A stretch of DNA of 56,118 nt from an uncultured Gammaproteobacteria bacterium (GCA_964001325.1 CAXFCR010000003.1:1-56118); one strand, 5' to 3'; positions 42,701 to 43,143 are shown, counted from the stretch's first letter. Made by a program: numbers and translations. Notes: generated by a model from the letters alone, not told the origin.

Positions 42701-43143
42701 CCATTTCGAGCAATTACGATAATACCTTAATCTTCGACTTTGATTCGGCAGTTGAGCCCGAAAATCCGGCTGATTTCGAAAAGCAAGCTCATTTCGAAAA
42801 ACAAGTAACCGCAGGTGACTCTTTGGTTGGCGTGCATAAGTTACAATCCTTAGCCATTTATGGCAAAGGCTCGGTATCTTTTGGAGCCGATCGGGTTGAA
42901 TTAAGCAGCGATAGTCGTTGGTATGTCGAAAAAGAGGCCAGTGTTATTGTAGAAAATAAGCAGGTATTCGGTATTTCTGGTGGTCAGCTGTGTTTTGAGA
43001 GCTTATGTGATTCCACTTCATCATCAGAAGAGGAAACGCAAACACTAGATAGTCAGGACACTGCCGTGGAAGCTTCAGCAGAGCTTGCAGCTACAAACAC
43101 AGTGACTCATAACCAAATAAAAACGCAAATAGTAACGGATTAG
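652..43143 (+). CDS. Giant (~14,160 aa) Sec-exported modular Ig-like / IPT-TIG / LVIVD beta-propeller / DxDxDG / Gly-rich repeat protein (putative surface scaffold or adhesin)
   Basis: Uninterrupted ORF 529..43143 in the track. The real start is more likely GTG 652 (GGA at 642-644) or ATG 640, giving the signal peptide (V)LTGYSLIRRLLVTFVIIAAIPAFA|TQP. Recognised motifs: Ig repeats (AKDDVGIERVEFYVND), LVIVD-type (VFVANGHGGVQVINVS), IPT/TIG (ITPHWGPVSGGTSVVVTGQGF), Big_5-like (VETVPAANEVAVNPDIAIELYFS), TSP3-like (DNDGDGLSNALE), LamG-like, FG-GAP-like (YFGNSVAITHSGSDIVIGG) and Gly-rich (GGGGRISIHA). Confidence 0.93.
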   Translation: MLTGYSLIRRLLVTFVIIAAIPAFATQPDIDIRVRSSLSSSAKEIFYTLTISDCSQIKTALLKSGNNVINSLVAADFVHGSTGASCYHDFELESGDKLTPTVDLDFFNAIPPLTYSETFKVEYEKPSLSIDSVALIAVDSGQELVVTFSADDDIDGDVSYLSASVTGVRASILRKFGGVLDEAKQRSFASSKGAQTLYPTIDDQTQYTLSIPVTESLSGEEIAHDGLVLIDASVVDASGNATSSSKIAFTGGDVHENALSLIAFPKAISFTNMLQTATVIPSVEFQFRGLTPLPGAGSGVSYQSSHPDYISVQPNGVVVPLKELKDDLGVPIQATISVAYENLEPVHIPVTTDLSKKLTGLEFVLDDEGSAEFVLPSLNSWYGIPDVMALFDDGTTAEISKQFPLQYSLNAGYENIFDLNEFLKLRAIAAIPVEHGATLSVALKNKPEINTVIPIASKDAMPTVELVADKQVEVGSNIDVIAKAKDDVGIERVEFYVNDALSGTTVTAPYKLSLTTTDLMINSTLTVFVKVYDTEGKLVESAPVSINIVSKQADEIPVLILDEPRELQRYVEGGVIRYQFSYKLGSLNTPETLELGSGINSVDYYLDGKNVGVAAYPYFEEREEFGDVVLYEVWRLDSRVPEIATEETSFAFYAVLHKGKAEKQTASTVIRVIENTPAQINFISPVPGQLLTEGQSISIDVEITDDNLASGLELDFLVDGEEYDDFTYTKRVEPGTSLVDNALDRESISHSFTYAVPEAKVGTSVKFEVVVIDGNGAVSQAPPLLLQVKEDSSPQVAISKPINGAEFVSGLPIEIVADAVDDLKVSRVDFFVNDSLVGSDGFPPFGVVYPTDKVSEPIRLNLRAVAQDSTGKTAQSATVEVTLGQDEEKPVVNIVAPALDSIESGEFVATVTENIATIVKVAGYDNVGVSRLQLRGVQKSGLVYNLTGNLDDVIDGDDFSPQPIPETLRSFSAIKLLNIPAYVKNDENEPNYYDIEATAWDESGNASTQAISIAVVNDQLPQAEISTNKSRYQIRDEIVANVFASDDLQVDEVKVKFYLGDGDDKQLLKEFIANSSDGDIVIPQGKRVPVSIPLALGAFDLPNIESNITLVSTVTDNIGQQSEPQQLQVTVLPDQASPLLSITSPVPDSLVYAGKSRGFHWHAEDDNGLKQIKVFVNDELHSDLSSEIDAGAKRVASGVFNLTIPENNSVLKVTTYAKDLYGNERQVDWLYRIIKSDGPVIKIRQPALNARYIEGELVSVTANVEDSIGLANVGNQGKWVYVIILQGDDEVERSLAQPTSIGYYSGAVRIPTLDSAKPYEIYVEARNKLNEVSRKRVEIDIQNDINAPQVQLKTPSDDLSLLPLQSFKIQVSADDDIYVDKYEPVIVTPNQEELVLEFSSWLAEGEMEEIRIPNANGFGTVVASQHYYSNAEGKVKIPFELGQFAGSNLEFFIRVKDKGVNIGESERVNIHILKDETKPVIKIIQPSEDVLERTRRTANISLTDNLRLKSYLVSAKTIDEALCDSVENEEELFESVVRVSIELDLECLLDAQNTGQFILDIEVKDSSSNVSVLKQVIDVVTDEPPTVELVATEPEDTLVQGQAVSFGIKVIDDTGVLYPGTPPFDNMGVRAFAALTNLPVSKVTLWPGWNEQWNTKVVPNIKVAIDEQVESFELLLGTHSYYKLDNSSSPTLEHSPIEHRIENNRNELKRNFAYLDEVLSLQTAVEVNEYKIVRYQDISCEEVVAEEILRADELTISNVLNSNVAAADIFPIATADLPVKRIRILNNAVAPLKQYKGDTGPRNAVDQLQVQLEIRGAQGDYFISSSLVLDYKSGRSAEVDHVKYFNLASMVTSAVSKASIIAAGVDRFSSERASQGKGLTATISSMPYLRDLEEPSIIITTPSEQVSVRPKQVVNLGFEASDNSGSIETIRLYQYDKLIEEFSGHINQTEYNLDITVPQDIGFSEFDLTVEVVDPSGNSYRSMVSLPVVPNEPPQLEMVSFATRDSEGKLRDIITDPARISYGEFWVRSSEKISLDIQQDDDTGLESLHLYKIEQDGSRILIHEDVYPYGCGLAPLTSNLTSELDFQFTETRDTLYQLELKDINGVITTRDFLVHPLENMAPQIRITSPIGKNGAENPQHIAEGKFNLLFEAIVTDDDNSPPVVEVYAEGAKLYASVISSEALIVKALSEQQQKKLNEIYDVIERQYGSVFANQYASPNSKNLHLVTLSLNLPTTLLIGKSEPKLGATATDASGAVGSDEITLVVVPDEIEPESVFIDPVVYGPVEGTDFTLTFSALDNVKVDSIEVYEQYAIRRGSGNYEFSGYREQPIRSISNIPSKDRVPITTNSIEAPIYKHIVSVDKIKDIVAKFDSLVLTGNEVYEYWIKIRSQDAAGKVDEIEKSFLVRVDEAPVIDVLQPANASQLVEGSHVPVLVNAFDDVGIDHVRFTSKINGEEIESLVLQAPPYGFSLSVPSLVDNNDRLTVEVEAIDLYGAESGDLDNHQVTETLHFQIVPDQPPAISIAKPVNGDEVFEGELLLVQVNATDDIGVDSVSLHIDGLISGAELLTDSIFPFEFVVQVPFGQANKDLSLSATVTEKRNSEPRTVSTLVPTVVNVKKDTSPPLVNIKAPKESGVEIQEHRSLPYHIEATDNVKVSSINVSLLADKDQNGSFDDSDMVVNQLLLRPPYVGAIEVGNILEYVDTPSLTSLPLMFRVKAIDGVGNETIVERMIDLVKNPPPTVEVISVIDRKGRNLIKGFDFKGEPIQGVDFELVEGVEYFFIINATDHYGVDSAKAYLNDTGLQPSEEHLLGEDVSVPFRFMYKVPYGKVGERLHVFGQATDIDGNVSAISPSMLSFTIKEDQPPQAKIIRPTSDQSVVIEGQMIEVFVEANDDLGLDGIDKVVFYVNDIPYKTVYQDYTHQSGNVAQENIYHASLAPPLGVDGVVIHAVAHDVAGHTTETQKVVVGQIADTVVPELSILQPPNGEILTASQSIQVVASVTDIGIEEERHVFYQFVREYRDEVGEWQTIYEKEKAELLRDDVVTEGSSKPISQPDKNYYVYHTVFGGSDEDNDGQEDILNRESYAQERVRLTVRVETKGHIVEAHSLHEVGQPVTENRFLLGAKDNAGWVSADERALARSVYYNAITQYRDQSLSGPMLAAWSTASPFAFESGLKLVDLSEEYSAAPYKEMTGIGNIDLGNDLFDIDPEPDVDTIGKDLGHFLFEESLVRNAEVFRGTITAMVADQTLVYAGKSGVFETPKDNHPYIYSMLETVNKDNDSPVDLNEWIDTNQAGELLLFNNHNAEDDFGLAYRLDGRVDLPYRDVYGLAKSGELVFVANGHGGVQVINVSSIKAPYHVGYIKPNGFTRDVAIYNGYAFIAASHEGVVIADIRDPSMPIVGKIDTFGIANRLTRQGDLLYVTNMSGDGFISQLDILDVSYPLTPKFKRSVELIPNRQDFVSDGVFDVEIVGNRAYASVLYSDQEDKPAQSVVEIINLDTIDDPFIDSTIPSVVHRQASQDDIGVHDIEYARGAIRMAAGHEGIAKLDLNRLDVLEHYPQTAQTQVVTDQAVNLTFSISLNNSYSAEDVAQHINIYKDAIGQGNDGIILGQKVDSTNYQVNFVTRENNGSVETSLRQMVITWQNDWQLEPGHRYFVEVTKGLEPLSGGYAMLSDYVFYFDTVLATGVQLPDITSIAPKMGGIGGGTLIAVTGCYFGDNPKLFLAGQQLQIKEQKIHNTDNTALCQNGDFPVSLRANTVPNYAGPAAVVVKTELGLEDEVVGGFTYVDNLAISFVDPPVVRVGQTGANDRVEVVGVGFHPDMTISAYPTGQPEFIQSFGMQGDGITLYSAESFTWKVPDFSEVMGESYRGFVDIVVEDSDGRYVLEQGLFYGKLEVNQRIETMDKLRDDGLIDPTVLPARYIRDLAVDESLGIVYVLGGASMGTQSTGLKDIYSKADLERTLPGWISLVKYDPSDLSVAAPMHGLGYYDMPQDLQPVAMALSEKQLYVSVWGYQLNYIDTPYEDKRWIIVYDRELTLDLPEEPSSEGKERGIQYALPLDFQSAPTHMVVQDDLLIASSIDDGVAILSLADPVKPTAVKKITKVVSNGSSLDLKPLQIFVHDSLLYVSHAGGMASFDLTKASVPQIRDLSDKGMGLNLANGLTFVQNNGTAPRLQVKNWQDNGSLLTKGSYDPRGFALRSRLEALAGLSTVIGGGEVVISGTHQRPLRHEYLTLYDISNPELINILDMVELDNEVASDKRGSQNRFSIRNVISKDGVAISNSIIQNKAGGKSKHALNFVDILVNDIVETVPAANEVAVNPDIAIELYFSKALDIAGDDIAKYIQLQKLNGESDPESVDIGIQITGERSNRVVITPATVLESQSNYQVSLVGIAESRRTRGLMDYQFVFSTASSSNIKPHITRVEPRNISTLGGEIIVELLEEVIDPRFYIGDQLASIHSVEGNQYHITAPPSVEGLAALTAVNSEGAVDRLLGAVHYVAPLALADLFPRIGSIEGGTNVVIRGSGFQPGTRVWFGAAEVRPEYIKVLDTETLEVISPIGSLGVVDVKVQVGTGSVSVLEDAFEYQQPIQSTIKSSKTIIYDMVLDSTGSYLVAAAGGKGVQVYNIDPSTYTARPGDPLNLDDLRKELDEDGDEQDDRLLTTISLPGGYSALGIDTYFERNVDWVIATGAKIDTETGKASDAKLFIIGFDAYDITQSQMIASLALDAEYAKGLVADNNLVTVAMAESGIGLVDILHPRKMYLAKARSLPQHKKSLDIQRLAGFEAATYAVVAGDYNFSIPRLQNEDDPTSGGFYIYQNATTGFSLKGSLNIPASSVAIHNQYAYLAAGDLGVVVVDISDIEDPVEVNRIAGDGHVYDIHSSGSVLYLAMGEKGILPVDVSDPMAPVKLPMINAYEQENEENKVVSVLASPYASFGAGFVSGATYLQVTPDPFLKIHRVEPTNRILGPDVLGEHLIWVRFNKEIDVVKDNDSLFSVYREDGQPIATDVELNNNDALITLQPGHGLLSGQAIYLVVSSGIQVVKQVNTDLTIDMYQLKTTQRFDFTYKDARTNEISIDHVIPRRTLVGEGLRTTITARGIPSDPAQVMVRVGGELVNIVDISVTSEAFPTSILTVDMPAIQTSGFYDVSIDVTQHGVTQGAVVYGAWHVDEVIRFDSITPHWGPVSGGTSVVVTGQGFEPGTSVGQTQSIKVGDTPVRFVKVLSSTKMRITTPEGAPGKHKVIAEDRYGNQSILPEEDGFGYGLRQIATQGSRAVHPRNLWIDQKEGVAYSNGGYVLDLWKNNRAQIGAAYFTDVPAAGVFDIQNPENSSLVGAASILTGTDPTGSDLRLYSEMLLLAGRAQNVLYPEKVLSPEELDRLSLLSEMKVAVAYGADSIQIYPDHEWTYNESLQQYQRHELLWVAAGYGGVVKLNRDDAQGLQVLAQEGSDNLVADIEKDGNLVYWFNGAGTGSEGARQPCESASGNYAKNKPLQALAFTHPTDAISLPIKVSTKSSYRIERKQQRLYVYGQSTGYDFKPISVCMLHDVGVNEIGEVSDDFANLEVINLAQPDERSVYEFESNVVDVEPYGEYDIVALMNGTLVIINRRTQEQSRFVIDSTIQTPKAYYFNIQRYANNLFLSSRGGGVIGIDFADISQPKIFTAGTRSPIYDVGIYRDRMLAAAAEGGVSVFELPGALVTEFSYDQQSIPENTPLHIAFNEVVTLESLMQEGALELQNITTGQDITDWQLEIVGDESGISDKFALSFPRTAGHDYLVRIIDARNQRGGSLWQTAQTVITAAPEGTQDIAISYLENTLWHDGDEGELIVHGQGFSQNMYVEVGSASVAFEWIAEGEIRIAYSEIEKLHLPAGAYSLTLSNTVYTDRLAAAFILAERWSNDIEWKLSKNSAPASGGYPVSIQANKQVILPGAKVELRDRFDSSRVLRTEVFSDGSKIDLRDDVKTLSEFSFRLPGVEEPGLFHVYLISGAHEQYIGDFSYSYEHGLGFELPNYPPMVVGDAVVEQRDLLVDQNQNPILSDVLFVGVSHTQSSVENNRFVMESGLEIYDLNIWERPIRLAQLPTSSPILGVDVLGNSVYLAGGEAGIYVVDITDLRQPSIIRELSLGGDVATDLSINNDLGILAVSFLRGDSGYVQFFDLSNGHMATPIGYPIVSFDGELQGKPYQIQWLGNSLHVLLSKENGFKHVEITDLGAGGVPTLLHSDVAVDNQTTSPNLSMVVFEGQLVLSIGEDYVILKKEDQTWNPVYWEQTGNSLMLNGGQVMTSNGAGFKISPMVDLAVSHYAPASASFIGWNDKITIQFNKLINTALFEEGYEPEEGHQLAYELLDSQGNVLAKENYTLSAINTLKGGQITIQMTDAFQAKESITFTLIGEEVRELNGHILGKDLSLNYTFVPGYRPQVHSVERVVAQDVALRHIFHADGSEQAIIYGQYFGTDPQGLQVSIGGLELKTEDIIEVADAQLTINIPRIDIATNSASLPIKVWRDELIGQLNGALVIMPPVKLQLVEPDFGPPQGGNWVDIYGAGFNHGLNVSFGTSPAADLRILSSSHARLRAPAGDFGPVDVVISSRYFPDEQSTLNDGYFYASREAGSVELSTEYGESPVSQLHLHGQLVYLATGGQYQLKGSSGATLRQYTSADAQLVLLDISDPVNPEVIDIPTPDGRDTRPYVLNQNLKEFGFTDLQYHDEQLGAVGGNRFYLFDTTLATDPLLIFEAELDRGGDCSASYDGEIGSQAHSLVLDRSVAYISGNFGLKVYLTGSRPRLLKSICASELGGQPSQLQRVGNLLWMLIPSLHQIVAVDLMSGDYQIANRIHLNDAAQAPLPVSDFHIVGEQVFVGTAQRASIALFAVRPDDQSVFINEQPLHAFKAGADVNAKQLQLRGQTLYVAAGHGDMQQWDVSHWLAGNFSEKIALENYYMVSGSVETFALGAETLYVGTAYVKDGDQILEPPVESAPYGNLVGGLNTIVTEELAILGHSPAVNGLLSTDAAIEVQFNKILDSRQIESDGDTLVSVSLNSSPVSGFLSMVANNDGSKLIFRPLSPLQAGREYWIEISDSLAGLHGETLPNTYRFRFVSTDDHPVTVNTIEPLFVSWEGGELITINGSGFNEETAVFIGGVEAVVESYTDNQLLVQSPNISLVDGENKLLGIEIVQGDLSLQVPASLTYVAAPSIEEVGEYNYGSGQLHSQTSTLEYSSNSFIGIRGQGLSPSTIVMVNGKPAQNVEFKSENLIVFTLPDNVLGELDIALANRTDLSDLVSDVSLSVSLPAMMHLNGKEFEHIERSGALLALATSRKIQIYSTLDSQLPLLQSTIFIDEEGLSPDQAISAIGLSETALAVVISGGEKIRFYELENPIVPELVHEIQAKNVGIQQITLADKQFVARSEQYIHVGANFGDLWKDIPVAGIIDMHSVDEWLIFLTHDTFQLRHWDSLSQPFEYAHDIDSPEALVVSPQRVMVRGETNQLFHLYGNLASGPSLDYLADIELVNGSGSVMAIAGDLLVVGHDDGIYIYDLPSTTATEPLAPIAEVNAQVDEPRYFALSGTMLEWYDNQQFANAQIPLNNIYRLNTTSIMADTQLVRFLTTGSPDGWSNVSIDGYDSEQTQQLRLSSSTDFEGDGLVYRLLATAYSQGGTVYSYQLFTQPEQTIEGVDIKLDLPWALATEVLFGVQPPILDSLSTSNWVKGQMTPLTVYGQNLDKIESLSIGDLTVFADNADSSPAWDINWLVNDTGTELSLHVLPEQAGSFDIVADSVDGSVSLQGAVLVSEPLTIDNVSTSLASQNNQVSILGGTPLYLSGTGFDGSYTIHWRPLNSTMPFDGSNQLTYQWIDGTLVADSLAISTAGQEYEVWIKKDATNEVVQSPVNVVSIDDEAPLVEEYQPLSSATPLIIDFSEDIQLDGFLVQRQNRDYDTPQLVDDSDNFEMVVSGKRIRLFLKDGGVLLPNSHYQIKIMGIRDLQGNAVTKYQKVLLDGEFSVELATKDLLKPIDIELKQLKLGDWTDASDMLELVSGYQYYVMPHAVDNMTEEELLEYELYVSWDSGTSYSLLGAPRFVAAGWEGVPIQLRGEPRVDIKVVVYDAKRNSAEQVFTYDILPASLSIEHFEPAQGQESFSDTFIRYGIGGNTDLINQIQIGVLGQWHTVDLLPPNNVITTAYAELPFKNPRLADLCSENEIHELEVSDCDEITVQISVDYGADQKLVSTNSYDLLPDTSAPTVVILEPTQRESVVIGEPLFIRAKAYDPETLFSFTASVNGELLPKEAEGIFKYTPVEPQGVVTVAVEATDSYGNQSITDLELIKVLDKESLVDIDILSPHSGEHVFAGQPLEIIVALKNLDEVTLTAILQNDPSHPLNPQPQTLTADSSGTARATLNIPSVSENRTLQIVVSHGELRSEVALTIDANSDIDELPLVNVLPEANILAGSRVYLSGQQPAGMPDFSEDSRLEVKQTALTGVVVDQMTLPYLGDSSVKVMATNGVVEIDSVLRDISGHSRADAISSLTIEPFIADEAAQYITPALLSQEQVVELFPIPVALSDSGVGLIIRGPDADRIHVPGTIGDLVNVENGLVKEAAYTGAGLWALIFENGTTHRYFWPLHNGALAQEPLVTPIYHEWESMSGRIAYQVRGNWIGAMVYQDHAWFPIAGISAGQTISDHVVVGDELFVLAANSLVRYGLDESGRAIQQRGTGYSLDISATTIQATPELIVVTNSNVVSSYRFNEMADLESVSQLAFSSAYQQLVITGELLWVQHNDTWRVFRDSELIGIFDDLNENIHFAHANLFSIPASGQHVEKLKLQAADGDGSALTPSWSEHAFDIEAVFEPSPVLGGETLVVEQNGEMVPVQPIAIPGKTGVRILRQDLNDGSLQLNRRTNHSMESTEYSLTAEALAEWSIKPNVAQSQNAHIPLLFAAEKGTASRLEVNGEIAHTYKNTAWSLLKLDTEEPEYSVTLIAEPMVEDILIPLVSNEGDGGQILVIHPVNNQSISEGEVVALRYEGSGDIRWVEIEVYDFNQNLIEVVHSQDISGELNLQLPSVENTQSYVFKVYAYVGDGHHKVTASDVSVTVYDKLALPDITISSLPHTTAVGSSLNASLVVDEGYWGKIEVFDAQRQLVAIGHPDLSWVTPDTSGMYVVATIVDSSGNEKSEEYFINVQGAWTVTSHSNGQTYDRVIPAINGDIFASGRELKLDTTSIAMFAYDIQAMAYYKNYLLVATADSQLHWLDINAHYALVASSVLPNVATDLAVENEKTLYIIDANGQLYTASLQSMLLSTPIEQLFGAEQMATAHEITYVITNKGLVLYRNGTEVKRYVVEGKAMSAATSGVYMLDVQGRIHFFNDAGNKVAVSNWALSAEQMLHFKGFLVLLSAKSEQIHLVDVRQPGQFHALGSFPVDVSLAPASLINGKITQSGHVIEIAPPSLSGTVYQTSTPLGVVSDAVSADGQFIVASGPYGAERIYREELGGWKSEVYSGAFSQSVTDVAYWDGWQYHHADQAKQVYRLNADNDKQVIFSGNAYRNVIVSGSVIVACSERVVYLANTIDLEPVWSEAPNLNNEEITNCVLVDDTVFVATRATSAEFNLWTLNTTEPSPQPSVITSVNNIEGLVSDGSYLYWSSGDDLHRFSVEDNTTSSVTIDSGVVRSLAYSDGRLLFASGETPVSIHIMNPNDWGIKAPAVHQLEQGVVTALAVWKNQLLIGVGSDGVTILDIEQSDISPAWDKPFFNAVHALGEEVPLQLAHLNDVGLVDFYQDGLLVSRIANPGYNGSTHILPGTVNGSQLAYVAKARLLSGSVVELPARHILIDGKNYPTNQSLSVELEQNIGILPEPTQVHANIGSEHPIKAVRWLTSPSIDGSFVELSASYQAPYSLEINWPQERSGEFIKAIVADIYGNIVESEPLAIVREGDDTPPTVGDFVLTGSIKNNNPIVDQPYQISVDIDDPESGISSAWLSYNGNVVDSIYSAGSLSFAVTSPGEGESHEYVVMATNGVGQTESTSITLVIDTDIPPVILSTPITPSSVVEGTHFDITVIAYDDHLVTDITVHWLGQAHQQLINEARPSAVFTLKHQAFERVPPEGAVEPIFIDVTDSSGTTVTVERVVNLTRNQAPTPDNMVVDVPNSAFYKEQIGIRLKDFDAIDDGPASETIMRIIALEAGGERLIKEFNSPVDSELVALANMPGSDEGVSVYQFVIEVEDRFEQVARSSLFEIDLSLIPNAVVFDNTSNSSANPAEVRVAKYRDVELMVRVTDELSMPIVGREVQWVVIEPTGEESSLGTSSTDNSGVAKQSFSRDRDLGEYKVIAQLSKFSAIRSEPHIITVVPGDVARIYVDRIEALPPLGSTQITMSFFDPNNNPTAEMRTLELEFNHDDFVLAGEAITDESPSSSNITYSIKPTTSTITYVINAPTESGLYNFEFIDSRYDDLYVYYDGDYRTNDKIPLEVMTGPPADWALTLDNIEHFEFGNDSVLEVTEPFTYDVTLVDEYGNHISEIGPQGAKESADFSTTLSVSGSAVFVDTQSNSITLDLTQGQASVTLVDEVAETVTLSLQATTPEIADLTLPVEQEITISTLPVAIIEQVLVPGVNDEPMTYRGTYEYDVSLVDGATETGAQFKNRYSNSVSGESWLEGNTLVFKPDSPLEVNRNCYYYYQMDTRTIDILDVNNNPVLKRLEPEVCPPAIRVKTTPHNTISSGYAHKFKFDHNISGVIYNGQITINGQTQPFDWVSHSVTLDDLGLVEGDTVQISFHAEDNEGNPYLLANTLELIWIEPTSDNDGDGLSNALELAFGYNPLDVDSDKDTSGNRLVDAEGDYDGDGLTNLEEVQLGYAPDSIDTDRDGLSDLYERDFGLDGLNQDSDGDGVLDGLDIDSFEDQKGVYVSYISELDPLLYYPMDSAHTEKSHPTNTPSSLSRMYVFDASGHGLHLLSNDNEVYSSSLTTQLEGIRDVDINKNVELSGSNDGLSVAIWFNSIVFNKYNYSRWLFDLVGDARLVSVALNVTSGELSIASDHFTNMNYGSGLNDGTAHHLVINIDIITGKYHIYIDGAYAGAIEAVDEITPIITQVRIGGSGLSSDDYYETLGHFLVTERQLSEEEVIKQYQLGKFGKTVDPSLDNDGDGLSNGLELELGYNENSTDSDSNGVLDGDEDFDGDGVSNIDELANNTDLLQVDTDKDGVNDALDLAPTDPLVGAELQWNSTDDSVFGLDSAYRTYEEYSRVDADISDNTNVITLGIARAYQDSSYKNRGIVSIFEVFNGVRNQSQILELPELAKEQYFGKITEVSGDGSTIVASDSANNTNAVSIFNRTNGSWSRQQVIEFQYSIKSISISDNAEVLAVSSYKSAGAEIYKKNLQSGLYTLLQDLKIENFGVFDGSIVLSGSGNVLAVSSPKTSQENVNTRGEIYLYRFNEVSQVYEQSATIASPAEQSYVSLGYCLDLNYVGDILAICAPDEDVHQLDKFGAVYIYAQRQPSERIGKRWQKVQRIVLPKEELITGFARDLALSGNGKALVIGGASASKAYIFVEEKGLWALTQKIERWQVTDSGSYFGNSVAITHSGSDIVIGGNDFASHHTLSSGELSSLHTPYGRYGDYANLALSYPALGLYEFNETSGALIRDLSGNANHGQYDTVSLASEPSILNDRNKLARLNESSEISISLSKTPLSATSDWNLGAWLKPDALTDQRLLLSMTSELSDQGLVSYISKSADQAALVVAQRNGSELDTLLSVDTDWLEDSWGYVSLDYHQGQLSLYFNGEKVSSADWQSPFQSLQTLQYHQSETNLTPYTGAVHWLSLNASSIDALDLKALHLLGRYGEIYSEGQDFDSDGLNDDVELALGLSPYHPDSDADGITDPLDDIDLDGLSTQQELANGTDPVLLDTDNDGVPDGLDNAPADPDDNSFDWSTVVGINVVEPPEVMVTWEETYTLDLLIVSEFNGLTFEIDHQYISDIQPVIVSSDETVAAQLLGREVSALSEGQAILTITFPDQTSVSSDVLVNVMAYYDVGDVVWEGYHRYKGLVVAGDAVISSGKVIIEGELQVQGSLQLGAGELRASNITIGNELIKDSAGISTIGVTGSIVLDGSSGTGDVHFKRGTITVPEANRSTKTYYPIDIQTVGNIYLSYPATIDLDDSGYPYGVAGPDFSNSSRYIGCHASSPGNGCAYGSYVYPSYPGSGGEDYYGGGFISLDAENIQLLGVVTARAESDSDEGGAGGGMYFNARDSIEIRDLVDVSGGSGGRIAVHAKHFVNDFGMHLVGVNSPGYGGPATVYLYEKESDSQQLIVSTPERPSWNSYTTPINSVGRHTIDSVVAHGNMPNAWVVTSLSATWPESDDPREKGVRGLQVRLDADNPDAPLYRIIDNTATTLTIEVPSGDVLTAGNSLVGVHHFSNLVVENAIVDFGEDIVYVEGDYAFADQDAVTLDLSNIRGDVYIQGGLSITNVNDFELLAASNITFRDDISVENSNILMRADEYVVGGQNINLTNSHITVPENDGSYEYFELNLLANGSISIDSSSSVDVSGKGTKYAIKVNGESINKPCHGGTNQSNIDCSYDDLHHVLYSGNYLGGGYTSLYADTIILDGIIDASAEPVGSGGGVHIEASSLTGSGSIDASAGNTTDSSSRPAGGGRVSIHAQSWAPHFETAVSVNGSHGSLIGGAGTLYFRELDANGAFVSDKLIVDNGGEPAPEATTFLPSIGIRAISSVVAHPELANHFVVYLDLENENNYAVRESSLLPLAFGISELIEVDLDLDNPGPLYQVVDNTEDTITIRSNSSDLPAWGQRLQGVQYQDKLVNVDIRAGANLTWLHDQIATKGQLSLSDGQEHELYLDGAGEVHVSNGTSVTIRVEGSFQAGQITVTDNSTLTLAVPGIIEVDGSVIVSGGATITVLDYQGDSPYPLRIHSGGDITIDESSRFDLVGKGYKANRSPTRDGSQSGVYGCHGGISSYATYSCSYGSYYRSTQPGSGGGHTNYSYYDGGYPTRTPFERGGGFVELIANNVQVAGVIDASAMPLSMGRDSGNTGAGGGVHIETQQLSGSGTILANGGDSDGQDSESIGGGGRISIHAASWDIHFESNAHAYSGRVFDQTSALQPGAGTVYFLNTATGEDKLILDNGGQPAFEGSTPYPFLDSPGNGAPYPDAFEGQQRWHIPQTYCCIERNIIPIGILVDVSSAESLSPLYTLLGAQNNAWVIDAPLTEPPNTEGRVIGVYDTQSPPSAIVNGRITGGASLGFGGTRLIYPNLAATNQSLSINATEVQVTGDISVTQSGELELQADQVFVDGDIVVTEDASLTLSTDSVIALGSINISNNSKLTPSSDRTLKLEVGHDFYLDESSMVDLVGKGANYTSHYSETDYGCNGGTNHLGYRACVVSNAFWPAYVGGAGNSEGANSGGWLELIAVNAVINGYIDASGIGSPQGDGIPGAGGTILINAQALTGSGKIKANAGPTTDAMAAGGGRIAVKADDRSNDTIDYQAYPTLNGTPAGAGTVYRVDRELGSVGTLYVHSPEATLANSTHVNLGELGKPYFYGRLDSIEQPSPGIWRLQFNWFSFNNYDFQPLFVDVNSASDTPVIYKVANIHEDERWLEIETTDDLSGLVFDTWVESVYVLDAIQVSGFASVSLSHPTALLDTASSYIDPDASLFVDGREVLQINSNGLCLEQSCVTTSASASAVEETKESHEAAGLVADESTTWKGDTYTFEQAEFIPGNVILQDSQVSSPEIIEIEGALTLVGGVSQIKAKQLIVHGDVILNNASLLNLDLVAGMHVKGSNGLRIIDNSILSVPQARILPLKRLSPLYIEVDNTIDISNDSMIHVDSKGYPGGYAGPEFTKHHGTNIGCHVGVADFMLKECVYDDYRKPVFAGSGGERVAGGGTINIKANALLHHGRISANGAMAEQNDYPGAGGAIYLDIGTYQGTGSILANAGRSGGSVGSSGGAVSLVVDQLIDTPFIEAIASEGGSFAGTGTVWIRESNSDGKLIADAANPAATASTLLRHVGQHQVSRVYQDQKHPNRWYVEVNGVAWQASNESSRLGVAGLLVDFDLLDDDSPLYTISSNYDNTLIFDFDSAVEPENPADFEKQAHFEKQVTAGDSLVGVHKLQSLAIYGKGSVSFGADRVELSSDSRWYVEKEASVIVENKQVFGISGGQLCFESLCDSTSSSEEETQTLDSQDTAVEASAELAATNTVTHNQIKTQIVTD
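2030..9980 (+). repeat. N-terminal tandem array of degenerate bacterial Ig-like domains (roughly 20 or more)
   Basis: Recurring D/N-x-x-P-x-V/I-x-I-x-x-P ... A-x-D-D/N-x-G/K-V-x-x-V ... A-x-D-x-x-G-N pattern about every 100-150 aa (e.g. 2035, ~3030, ~7880, ~8200, ~8510, ~9235). Similarity is at protein level only. Confidence 0.8.
10050..24260 (+). repeat. About seven super-repeats of ~700 aa: beta-propeller (LVIVD-type) + Big_5-like Ig + IPT/TIG + IPT/TIG
   Basis: Big_5-like starts at about 11296, 13546, 15484, 17704, 19498, 21574 and a degenerate one at ~23340. IPT pairs start at about 11713/12004, 13885/14131, 15847/16141, 18034/18319, 19858/20164, 21901/22165 and 23662/23953. Propeller-like segments precede each unit. 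Confidence 0.7.
32911..36265 (+). repeat. Three clusters of TSP3-like DxDxDG calcium-binding repeats separated by LamG/ConA-like and FG-GAP-like domains
   Basis: Clusters start at 32911 (DNDGDGLSNALELAFGYNP), 33925 (DNDGDGLSNGLELELGYNE) and 36037 (DFDSDGLNDDVELALGLSP). LamG-like segments are at ~33250-33900 and ~35370-36010. An FG-GAP-like propeller spans ~34190-35300. Confidence 0.75.
36570..43010 (+). repeat. Five C-terminal ~400-480-aa Cys-pair/glycine-rich repeats
   Basis: Each repeat has C-H/N-x(7-10)-C (first Cys codons at 37021, 38176, 39373, 40618, 42061), then GGG-x-I/V-x-L-x-A, GAGG/GSGG, mostly L-x-GSG-x-I-x-A, GGGR-I/V and AGTV-Y/W motifs, followed by a beta-rich insert (most copies have ...PLY-x-I/V...). 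Confidence 0.8.
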
